Source: Emiliania huxleyi CCMP1516
Lineage: Eukaryota
Length of the DNA: 64,000 nucleotides
Assembly (NCBI RefSeq): GCF_000372725.1
Contig: NW_005201392.1
Coordinates: forward strand, 661,660-725,659
Reading direction: 5' to 3'
The notes under the pieces were generated by a model. The model saw nothing but the letters and a program-made list of their open reading frames with translations. It was not told the DNA's origin and did no database searches. Each line of letters opens with the position of its first letter. The stretch's first letter is position 1. Below are positions 34,401 through 44,791 of the stretch, in pieces. A program made the position numbers and the translations under genes.

Positions 34401-37400
34401 CATCGCCGCGCTGCACGGCACGAGCCCGTCGATGCTGCTCCGCAGGCGGATCGCACGGAGCTGTCCCATCTGCCGCTTTCGGGCTTGCGCACGCGCGCTC
34501 TACCGTGCAGCGCGCTTTTGCCTTTCCTATGAACGTGCCGCTGAACCTCACGTCGTGTGGGCGCAGCTCTGCCGCAGGGCCAACAAGGAGCCGACATTGA
34601 GCGGCCCGCCCGACATTGAGCGGCTCCCTTTTGTGGAGCAGTGCCTGTGGAGTTCGGTGCTGGAGCGGAAGCTGTGGGGGACGGCCGCGCGCGAGGCTGC
34701 CCAGCTCCGCGAGTGGCTCCACGTGACTCGGAACACGACGCCCTTCATCGAGGCGTGTGTCGAGAAGCTGGTGTTGAGGTGCGGGACGGCGGCTTGCACG
34801 CTGCACGGCGGCGCCTGCGATGATGACGGCCACCGGACTGACCATCATCTTGCTCACGCAGACCTCGAGGCGGGGCCGAGGATGACGAGGACACTCTCGA
34901 CGGGGAACCTGCAAGACGTCTCCCAGACCCTCTCGCTGAACTTCGAAGACTTGCTTCGCTTCTGCCTCAACGAGCAGGGCGCGGGGGGGCGCAGGCTGTG
35001 GGAAGAGTGGAAGGCTGCCCTCCGCGCCCTTCGGTCAGAGGCGAAGCTCCAGCTGGAGTCGTCGAGACACCACCGCGACGCGTCATATCTCCGTGACTCT
35101 GCCTCGAGGCACGCGCCGAGAAGGGCGCTCGGTCCTCGCGTGGGGTCGTCCTCCGAGGCCGTCGAGTCTGAGCCCATCACGGTGCACGAGTTCGCCTCGC
35201 TCCTGCTCTCGCCGTGCAACAGCGCCATCGACATGGCCATCGAGCGGAGGAGCACCCCCACGGACGCAGGCGAGCCGCTGACGAGCTACTGGATCAGTAG
35301 CTCGCACAACAGCTTCCTCGAGGACGACCAGCTCACCTCCGCAGTGTCTGCCGACATGTACCGCCGCCTCCTGCTCTCGGGGACTCGCTGCCTCGAGATC
35401 GACTGCTGGGACCCCACCGCCTTTGGGCGGTGGTGGGGCCAGGGCCCGCGCGTTACTCACCGCATGCCGGGCGGGGTCCCTCTCCTCTGCGGAAGCGTAG
35501 CCTTCAGCGAGGTGGTCGCTGCGATTGCCGAGCACGCCTTCACCAGCAGCCCCCTGCCCGTGCTCCTGAGCCTGGAGATGCACTGCTCGGCGAAGCAGCA
35601 GAAGAAGATCGCCAGGGCGCTCATCGACACCCTTGGTGACCTGCTCTCCCGCAGCGACCGCGTCGCGAGCACGCCCCTCCGCGAGCTGCACCGGAAGGTC
35701 CTCGTCAAGATGCGGCTAAGGGGGTCTCGGGCACACCTTGGGGCATATCTCGGGCACATCTCGACTGTAGGTCCTCGTCAAGATGCGGCTCGACAAAGGC
35801 GGTACGCAAACGGACCCGCTCCTCCGCTCTCTCGTCACGCTGCCCTCGAGCTCCATCGGCGAACCGCTGACGCCCAAGGAGGTGGACAACGGCCTCGACG
35901 ACGGCTGCAGGCTTCGCGAAACGGTCTGCCGGAGCTGGAAGGAGCTCAGCGGCCGCACCACCGGCAGAAGCCGCTACCAGATCGGGGACGAGTGGCGGCT
36001 GGCGGGCCGGTGCGTCCGGTGCTGGCTCCGTGGCGTGCCTCTTGAGAGCCACTCCGATGCCGACGTTGCAACGCAGACGTCCGAGTCGCCCTTCGGGTCT
36101 CCGGGCTCAGCCGGCTGGCAAAGTGCTGGCTCGTGGCCAGCAGAGGAGTCGGCGAGCGAGCTCCCAGCCGCCAGGGTGCCGCGCCGCGGTGTCGTGAGCG
36201 TGTCTGAGGATCGACTGGAGTGGCTGTTGAGCGAGCAGGGAGGATGGTTTCCCCTCGCGGCATCGCAGCTCGTCAGAACCTACCCCTCTCCGACTCGGTG
36301 GTGGTCGACCAACCCGGACCCGCTCGTGCGCCCGCCCTCGCTCCCACCACCTCCTCTACCCGCCGCCTCCAACCACTTCCCCTACCCCACGCCTCCCTCC
36401 CACGTTCCCAAGCGAGGCGAACCCCCCCTCCCCACCCCTTCCCCACCACCACCACCACCCCGCCCACCCCACCCCCCGCCACAGGCGGCGTGGCGCGCGG
36501 GTGTGCAGATGGTCGCACTCAACATGCAGACAAATGATCTGCCGGTGCAGCTTCACGACGCTCTCTTTCGCGAGAGCGGTGGCTATGCCCTCAAGCCCGC
36601 GGCGCTTCGGGCGCCGCCCGGTCAGGCTTCGACCCCGCCCAAGAGAGGCCTCACGACCCCAAAGGGCCGCGGTGGCTCTGGCGGCGATCGTCTGTCGCGC
36701 GTGCAGGGCTTGGAGATGGATCAAAATGAGTCATCATCGCAACTCGGCAGCTCCTTGACTGTTCAGGGAAAGCTGCCGTGGCCGCCGCCACGAGAGGAGG
36801 TTCATCGGACGGAGCTGAAGGCGCCGCGCCCCACCGCCGCCCCGTGCGGCCCTCCCTGTGCGGCCCACCGCGTCAGCTCACCGAGTCAGTCAGCTCACCT
36901 ACCAGTCAGCTCACCGAGCGACCCACCGCGCAGGTGCTCTCCCTGCACCGGCTCCCGACGCGGGACGAGTGCCGGCCCCTCCACGTCGAGCCCCACCACG
37001 CCTTCGTTTCGCACCTCAGCGACAGCCCACGCCCGCCCAGCGGGTCGAGCGCAAGCGTTTCAAGCCCCCGCGTCGCCATCGAGCTGTACGCCATCGGAGG
37101 CTTCCACGCGGTCGGACGCGAGCCGCAGCCGCCGCCCGAGGCGCAGGGCGTGACTCGGCTCGTCACAGCAGTCGCGGAGGGCAACGGCCTTAACCCTAGC
37201 TTCGACGAGACCTTCCACTGCCTCGCGGCCGAGCCTCACCAGACCATCCTCCGCGTTGTGGTGGAGGACGAGGGGCGGCTGGTGGCGTACGAGACCGCGA
37301 TGCTCGGCTCCCTCCGCTGCGGCTACCGCTGCCTGCACCTGCGCTCACCGAGCGGCACCCAGATCGACTCGTGCTGCCTCCTGCTCCACATCTCCGTCGC

Positions 37401-38589
37401 CACCGAGCCAAACACCTTCGGCACTGTCGACGAGCTGCGCAGCAGGGTGCAGTCGCAGCGCTCGCGCATCAGCCAGCAGAGCCGCGACATCCACCACTTA
37501 AGCGCAGAGCTCTCGCGGCTCGGAGGCATGTCGTCGTCGCCGGTGCTGTCCCCCGCGCCGAGCTGTCTGAGCGCACGCTGGCCGTTGGAGCTGGTGCTGG
37601 ATGCGGGGGTCAATGGGGCTCGCGTAGGCCGGCCGTCGCCGATCGCGCTGCCTCCCAGCGCCACGCTGACAGTCGGTCGCGACGCGTCGAGCAGCATCGC
37701 CCTGTTCCCACTCAACGCGCAGCACATCTCGCGCCAGCACGCCGTGCTCCACGTCGCTGCAGACGGCCGCAGCGTCCGGCTCGAAGACGTCTCGCACAAG
37801 AACGGATGCCGTGTGCAGCAGCCGGGAGGTGGTGGCGAGCCGGTCGTCCTGCAATCTACGGCCGAGGGCGTTGCGAGCGCCCAGCTGCGTGAGGGCAGCG
37901 TGCTCACCTTTGGGCACTGTGGCGCGACGGACCGCCGACGAGACGAGCCAGCCGAGCTCGTAGAGGCCGTCGCCAGACGCCGTGCCCGTCGATTGAATCC
38001 GCCTGTTCCGGACGAGTTTCGCTACGTTGTTCGCGCCGCTGGTGCCGAGGGTTCGCCCCCAAGTAGCCCCGAGCTCTCGCGGCGTGCGACGCGGCGCACG
38101 ATCGAGCTTCCTCGTGTTGCGCCGTGCGTTCGCTCGCCGTGCATCTGGCAGTCTCCGCTGGCGTCTGCGATGGGCACATCGCACGACTCGCATGGGTTGA
38201 CAGCGGCAGCGCCGAAGCCCGCAGGGTGCCGAGGTCCATCTGGCATGTTGTCAGGCATGTGGATGCAGCGCATGTCCGCCCACAGCGAGGACCGCGAGGA
38301 CATCAGCCGTGACGGCGAAAATAATCCCGCGCCCGCTTCGCCGCCACCGTCGCTGCCGCCCTCGCTTCAGGCCTCCTCGTTATTGCCTGCCGCGATGCCT
38401 TCGAAGCTCCGGACTGGCCCGCCGCGGGCGAACTCGCACGCCTTTTACGCAGGGGTTGGCATCACACCCGCTTCGGCGCCGCAAAAGCGTCGTAGCGTGC
38501 ACACCGGGTCCCCGCCCCCAGCAAGTCACCACACACCAACACGAACGGTGGCGGCTGGCCGTGGCGCTGGCGGGGGCAGGTCGCCATGA
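31467..38589 (+). CDS. Single-pass membrane protein: Venus-flytrap ectodomain + hevein-like Cys modules + TM + PI-phospholipase C (X/Y/C2) + FHA (~2,236 aa)
   Basis: Five exons: 31467-33164, 33232-35697, 35771-36325, 36485-36820 and 36934-38589, all joined in phase 0. Motifs: VIGPGRSSVS, IPQISYWSTSPDL, YPRFMRTIPSD and FEGLSGRVEFDEKGDR (class C GPCR/ANF-receptor ligand domain); CCSPFGYCG; TM VSILIPALVAPLACVALMLSVAAMCM; PLTSYWISSSHNS, CLEIDCWD, LPVLLSLEMHCS, LVRTYP and GVQMVALNMQT (PLC); NGLNPSFDETF and GYRCLHL (C2); TVGR, ISRQHA and KNG (FHA). Confidence 0.85.
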
Positions 38590-39605
38590 ATGCATGATTT
38601 TAACTCTAACTCAGCGATATGTCGCTGGTCATGATGACATATGTGTGAGTGCCGGCCCGCCACATTATACAAAACGAAAACAAAGAAGAAGTGGCCGCTC
38701 GGCCCGGCCGACTACACGGTGAGCCATACGAGGGGCAAAATGGTAAAAGTCAGGCGCGCGAAAATTTTGGACATTCTACTCTCCGTAAAATTCTACTCTC
38801 CGTCGGCGCCCGCGGCGCTCTCCAAATACTCGCTCACTATAGCGGCGTGCAGCCGGCGGCGCAGCCACGCCTTTGTTGCCCGAGAGGGCCTCGGCACCCT
38901 CGCCCAGGAGCCAGGTCCTCCTTGAGCTCCACCACCTTCATCGCCACCAGCTCCTCTTCCCGCGAACTCGCCTCCCGCGCTAGCATTGTAGCGCGAGAGT
39001 GGATCTCCTGCATTGCACGCTCTGCACCAACCTCTCGCGCTCGGTCGCCTCGCTATAACGAGCCAGTGCTATCTGCGCAGCCAGTGGGCAGCATTGGCGT
39101 TGTTTTTTTGAGCCGATTTTGCCTCCACTGATTGCACCGCGCCGCACTGTGCTTTCGTGCAGCCGGGTTGACGCGGGGCCTCGGGTTTAGCCAAAGTGAA
39201 ATGACGACCGCCCACCGCTTGTGCAAGCGTGATCACTCGCTGCTGCACTGGCTGCTGCTGCTGCACTGGCTGCTGCTGCTGCGCACTGGCTGCTGCTGCA
39301 CCTGACCCAGCGCGTGTGAAGGCACTTGGCGAGGCTGCAGCCGGAGCGGTGTAGGTGGACAACGATGCGGCGTGACGGGCGCGGGCGGAGTGGCGGACGC
39401 GAGACGCTGCACCGTCGCGCACGTCGGACCCGACGAGAGGGGTGTTCGGTTGCGGGTATCATACGCAAGCACGAGCGGTCGGTGACGCGACGGCGTTATC
39501 ACCGTTGCCCACGCGCGAAAGTGTGTTGTGGAGGGACGCGTCCTTACAAACTTGTAGCGCTACAAGACGACCAAGTGGTAAAAGCCGCACTCTCCCCTGA
39601 CCCGA

Positions 39606-42578
39606 TCAAAAGCGTAAAAGCACCCGAAGCTCCAAAAACCTAACCCTCAGACTATGCTTGGCCCTCGCCGCGAGCCCTGCACGGCTCGCAGGCGAGAGGC
39701 TCACGCCGAGCATCAGCAGCAATGCAACGTTGGTCGCGCACACCGCGAGCACCCAGCCAAAGGACGCGTCGCCAGCGGCGTGGCAGAAGCCGGTGCTGCA
39801 CGAGGATGCCACGGGCATGTGCAAGGCGTCGCGGAACGACGTCGCCCGCGCATGTGTGAGGAAGATGCCGAGGAGCATCACCAGCCCGAGCGTGGCATCG
39901 GCACAGGGCACGAGCTTCACGAAGCGCCAACGGCAGGCGGCGCCGGAAGCGGTGCCGACGACAGCCGCCAGCCAGAGCAGCACGCGGCCTGCCAGCAGCG
40001 CGTGGTGGTAGGGGGCGCTCGCCTCATCCGGGAGCGCCGCCACCCGCGGCCACAAGTTGCGCACGGTCTCGACGGCGGAGGTGAGCATGAGGACGGTGAC
40101 GACGAGCAGAAACTGCCGACCACGCCGCAGGTCGGCGCTCGTCGGCAAGGCCGCGGCCAGCACGCACAGCCCGAGCGTGTAGAAGGCAAAGAGGGTCGCC
40201 ACCTGCGGGACCATGCCGCCACCACGGCCGCCGCCATGGCTGCCGGTCGGCATCGCGTCGGCCGCATCACGTCGCATGCCCCACTCCTCCCTCTGCTCCC
40301 GGAAGAGGAGGAGGTGGTGGGACACGACGAGGAGACAAATGCACGCGAATGCGCCCGCCAGGCAGGCTCTGGTGACGCGCTCGTTGACGCCACCGTCCTC
40401 GAAGTTGACGCTCACACAAGGCAGCATCGTCAGTGGACGCTCACCCAAGATGAACTCCTTGATGACCTTCTGGCAGAGGAGGGTGAGGGCGAGGCTGCCC
40501 AGGGTCGAGAGGTGGTAGGGGAACATCTCGTAAATGAAGGAGAGCCGCTCGTCGAGTAGGTACGTGGCCACACCGAAATTGCTGGCAGTCGACAGAAGGA
40601 AGCCGGCCACCACCATGCACTTCCAGCGAAGGGGGCGCGGCATGGTGGCGGTCACCGCCCCGATTGCCCCAACTAATACAGTCCCGGGCACACGAAAGCT
40701 GTCCATGCTCTCCTTGGCGCGCAGAAGATCGTCCGCGGGGACGAGCCACAGTAGCGCCGTCAGCGGAAGAGGGTGAAGCGGGATCACGAACGCCCACGCG
40801 CGAGCCAATTCGTCGCCGCAGAGCAGCGCGTTGGACACGGAGAAGGCGGCCAAGCTGAGGCACACCGCGCCAAAGAAGACGGGGAAGATGGACGCCATCT
40901 CGCTTTGGTGCGCGGACAATGCGGCTCCGGCGGCGCCGACCGCGCCGACCACGAGGCTGAGCGAGAGGACGGGCTCCATCCCCGGCCCCCTCGCGAGGAA
41001 GCCGACGGCCGTGCCGTACCGCGGCGCTGGCGGCTCGGGCGGCGATGGCGGGAGCGACGTCGGAAAGGGGACAGCCTCCTGCACGACCGGCAGGGATTGC
41101 AGAGGCACCTGCGGCGCCACGCTCGCGTCGATAGCCGGCATTCGGCCTGGCAAGGCTGCCGCTTGAACAAAGCCTGGCAAGGCTGCCGCTTGAACAAAGC
41201 CTGGCACGGCTGCCGCTTGAACAAAGCGCCCGCACTCGTCGCGCCTCTGCGCGGCGCGAGGCGGCGCGCGGTCCTCCAGCGAGCGCAAGAGCACGTCGAG
41301 CTCGAGCTCGATCAAGCGCTCAGCGTAGGCGTCTGACGCGTGCGGCCGAGCGTAGGCGTCGGACGCGTACGGCACACTGGACATCAGCGGCCCCTCGGGC
41401 GCCGCTGCCGCACTCCCCTGGAGCCCCGCCTGGAGCGGCGGGGCGCTCCCTGCGTGGCTCGCCTGAAGGTAGCCTTGGCTCCCGACTGCGGCCGCTGCTG
41501 CCGTCATCGGAGGCGGTACGGGCGTGCTCGCAAGCTCCGCGCCCCGCCCCGCGTCCGCGTCGCCGTGCCCGCTCTGCGCCTCGACGAAGCGTAACCACTC
41601 GATCGCCTGTTGCGGGTCAGCAAGGAGCGCTTCGGGAGAGAAGAAACGCAGGGCCGGCACCTGCGCGATGATCACGCGGCACGCGTCGAGCATCACACGT
41701 CGAGCCATGTCCTCCTCGGCCGGGAGAGAGCCACTCATCGGTCGAACATCACTCGGCGTGGTGGCAGCAAGCATCACGGGAGTAGGCTCAGAGAAGAGGC
41801 TCGCATCGCCGCGCTGCCCCGCCCACGCGGGGGCTGCAGTTGTCTCCTCCCGCGCGGCGGCAAACGCGGCGGCAGGCTCGGAGGGCGGCAGTGGCTGCCC
41901 GAGAGGCGGCAGTGGCTGCCCGAGAGGCGGCAGTGGCTGCCCGAGAGGCGGCAGTGGCTGCCCGAGAGGCGGCAGTGGCTGCCCGAGAGGCGGCAGTGGC
42001 TGCCCGAGAGGCGGCAGTGGAGGCGGCAGTGGCTGCCCGAGAGGCGGCGAGGCGGAGAGCAACGAGGATGTGGGGGAGTTCGTGCTGTCGGGGGTGGCAC
42101 CGCCTTGAAGCGGCAGGGGGATCGCGACGACGGGCTTCAGCGTCCTGCCAACCTTGAAGCCGATAGAACTGTCCTGCATCGCGACGGGGAGCGGCGAGAG
42201 CCCGGGCAGCGCGTGAGGCGTCTCGTCTTTCAGGATGGCGAGCTTCGCACCCGAACAGCACTTTGTCTGATTGACGATGCGGTGAGCCGGGAGGAGGGTA
42301 CGCCGCGAGGCCAGGCCGGAGGCGCAGCTGCGCGCGGGTACGTTCCACAGCCCTCCCGCTTGCGTGTTTGCAAGCTCATTTCCAACCTCCACAATCCGTA
42401 TCCGGGACGCGGGGACGAAGATAGTGCCCTCGCGGCAATCTGCGCAGAAATGCTCCTTAAAGGCGCCGCTCATCGGCTTGACGGGTGCGCACGTGGTGAA
42501 GCCAGCAAGCTCGCCTCCCCAACACGACCTGACGGGCGCGTCCGCCTCGTCGCAGGCCCGCTTCAATCCTCGCTGCAT
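39606..42578 (-). CDS. Hypothetical protein: N-terminal Cys-rich domain, Pro-rich linker, C-terminal multi-pass membrane region
   Basis: Uninterrupted ORF of ~990 aa from MQRGLKRAC. Contains CWGG..C..FKEHFCADC..GGLWN..RIVNQTKCCSG and roughly ten or more hydrophobic segments in the C-terminal half. Confidence 0.7.
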   Translation of the reverse strand: MQRGLKRACDEADAPVRSCWGGELAGFTTCAPVKPMSGAFKEHFCADCREGTIFVPASRIRIVEVGNELANTQAGGLWNVPARSCASGLASRRTLLPAHRIVNQTKCCSGAKLAILKDETPHALPGLSPLPVAMQDSSIGFKVGRTLKPVVAIPLPLQGGATPDSTNSPTSSLLSASPPLGQPLPPPLPPLGQPLPPLGQPLPPLGQPLPPLGQPLPPLGQPLPPLGQPLPPSEPAAAFAAAREETTAAPAWAGQRGDASLFSEPTPVMLAATTPSDVRPMSGSLPAEEDMARRVMLDACRVIIAQVPALRFFSPEALLADPQQAIEWLRFVEAQSGHGDADAGRGAELASTPVPPPMTAAAAAVGSQGYLQASHAGSAPPLQAGLQGSAAAAPEGPLMSSVPYASDAYARPHASDAYAERLIELELDVLLRSLEDRAPPRAAQRRDECGRFVQAAAVPGFVQAAALPGFVQAAALPGRMPAIDASVAPQVPLQSLPVVQEAVPFPTSLPPSPPEPPAPRYGTAVGFLARGPGMEPVLSLSLVVGAVGAAGAALSAHQSEMASIFPVFFGAVCLSLAAFSVSNALLCGDELARAWAFVIPLHPLPLTALLWLVPADDLLRAKESMDSFRVPGTVLVGAIGAVTATMPRPLRWKCMVVAGFLLSTASNFGVATYLLDERLSFIYEMFPYHLSTLGSLALTLLCQKVIKEFILGERPLTMLPCVSVNFEDGGVNERVTRACLAGAFACICLLVVSHHLLLFREQREEWGMRRDAADAMPTGSHGGGRGGGMVPQVATLFAFYTLGLCVLAAALPTSADLRRGRQFLLVVTVLMLTSAVETVRNLWPRVAALPDEASAPYHHALLAGRVLLWLAAVVGTASGAACRWRFVKLVPCADATLGLVMLLGIFLTHARATSFRDALHMPVASSCSTGFCHAAGDASFGWVLAVCATNVALLLMLGVSLSPASRAGLAARAKHSLRVRFLELRVLLRF
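41885..42047 (-). repeat. Coding 21 bp tandem repeat (LGQPLPP)x~7
   Basis: GGCGGCAGTGGCTGCCCGAGA repeated in frame. Confidence 0.9.
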
Positions 42579-42724
42579 CCTCGCCCCGAGCCCCTCGAGC
42601 CGCCGCCCGACCTGCCGCAGCTCGCGTGGGGCCTCGGAGAACAGAGTGGGTCTGCGAATTCTTTTTATTACAGTGGCCTTGCATTTTTGCCGTCGCCAGT
42701 CGCCCCCCCAAACGCTACAGCGGG

Positions 42725-42759
<35 letters not shown>

Positions 42760-44791
42760 GACGGGGTGGGTAGGGGGGTGGGGAGGCTGCTGTGTGCGCT
42801 GCGCGTGCGCGCACCGCACACCATACTCGAGTACGGCGGGAAACAGACGGCGAGGGGGCGGCGGCGGCAGCGGCGCAGCGCGCGCGCGGCGCGCGCGACG
42901 GAGGGGCGGAGCAGCGACCGCGCGCGCGGTCGCTGCTCCGTCTGTCCCGGAGCGCCGTCTGCGCGGGGTGCGCGTCAGGAGAGGGGGCAAGCGTGGCGGC
43001 GCGGGACGCGCGGCGGCGGCGGCGAGCAGCCGAGCGCTCCCTGCGCGGTGAGGCGGCCGGGCGAGGGCGCGGCGGGTGAACGGGAAAGGGAGCAGCCGGG
43101 CGACGAGAGGTAGGAGGTGCTCGCCGGCGAGCGCTCCCGCGCCTGCGGAGGGGCAAGGCCTGAGGGCGGGCGGGCGGGCGGGCCGGCCCCGGGGGGGGGG
43201 GGGGGATAAACGCTGCGCCGCCCCCGCACCAGCAACACTGGCCGCGGCTCGCCGCCGCGCGCCGGCTCGGAAGAGGGGCTGTCGACGGCACAGCAGCGGC
43301 ACGCCTCGGCGCTCGAGCCGCCGACAACCCCCCACCTCGACGTGACGGCCGTTCCCAGGGCCGGCCGGTGCGCGCCCGACCCACGCCCCCTCTCGCACCC
43401 CCCCGACCCCCCCTGCGCGGCGCAACCGCCCGCTGTGCGCCGGCTCGAGCGCCTATTGCCAAATCGCGACGTTTGAGCGCAGCGCACGCGTCCCACACGT
43501 CACGCGCGCGCAGGAGAGCTTGCGGCGGACACGTAGCGTGTACTCGCCGAGGGCATCGCGCCGAAAACCCCGCGCATTCCGCCCCAGCAGAGGCTGCAGC
43601 CACTGCATAGCTACACCACTGTAAGAAGAATGCACGGCAAAACTACGAGCATGGTAACGGGGGCTAGTTACGGGCCCTCAAGCTCGTAGGTCCGACCTCG
43701 TAGGACCTACGAGCTCGAAGCTGGTAAACTACCCTTGTAACTAGCCTGGTTACGACCCGGCGCAGCAAAATGCGGCTTTAAACAAACGCGAGAGGCTCTT
43801 CAAAACCATTCTAAAGCAACAACACACACGGACGAATCAAAAGAGTGCGCTCCTGCGCCTGCCCAACTACGAGCCGTGCTACGAGCTCCTCGTAAACCGG
43901 TGGGATGGCCAGCAGCAAAACTGCTCGGCAGGTTAGCGCACAACACATCTCGGCGCATCTCGGTTCATCTCGGTTCATCTCGACTGATCTCGGCTCATCT
44001 CGGGCCATCTCGGGCCATCTCAGCTCATCTCGGGCCGCGGCGGCGGGGAGGGCGGCGACGGCGAGGGCGGCGGCAGCCAGGGTGGCGGCAAGGCAGCGAC
44101 GGCGGAAGCAATGGCGGCGGCGGCGGCGGCGGCGGCGCGAGGGTGGCGGCGGTGGCGGCGAGGGCGTGGCGACTCGGGTCACGGGAGGAGCGACGGGGCT
44201 GGTCCTCAACTACGCCAACGTTTCCAACTGCAAGATCCTCTTCGAGCACCTGGGGAGCCAGATTGAGGACATCGTGCCCAGGCCGTACAATACACAGAAG
44301 AGGTGGGAGAAGGTTCTCCCTCTTTTCTGGGAGAACCGACGTCGCAAGAGCGCAGCGGCGCGCGGCCTCGCCAGTAGATTCTCCACCCGCACCGTCCTCC
44401 CCCCCACTCGTCCACGCCTCCCCCTCCCCCCTCCCCCACAGGCAACGTACCAGTACCTGAGGGACACTGTCTGCCTCAAAGTCGAGGACCTCCCTCAGCT
44501 GGCTGAGTGTCTTGTGAGTTTGTGTGTCTGTGTGTCGCTCACGCGAGTCGTCCTCTTCTGTCTCGCGTCCCCACCCATACCGCGTTGGTGTCCAGTCCGT
44601 GCCAGGCTGCGCATCGCCTTTGTATATCTGTTAGTGCCAGTGCGCGCCAGTCCCGTGCCTATAGTGTCGTGAGAGGGAGGGCTTGTAAAATTCTTTTGCC
44701 CGGGCCAGGGTTTCGGATAATTTTGGCTTATCCGCCGGCCACTACAAAAGAAGTATACAACCACGTGCATGACACAGCTAGTCAGCTACTC

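Noticed and set aside
33463..34914. 483 aa antisense ORF and similar long Arg/Ala/Pro-rich ORFs (e.g. 14163-15398, 41610-42773, 61318-62406)
   Set aside because: Shadow frames expected from very high GC and GC3 bias opposite real genes; they carry no motifs.
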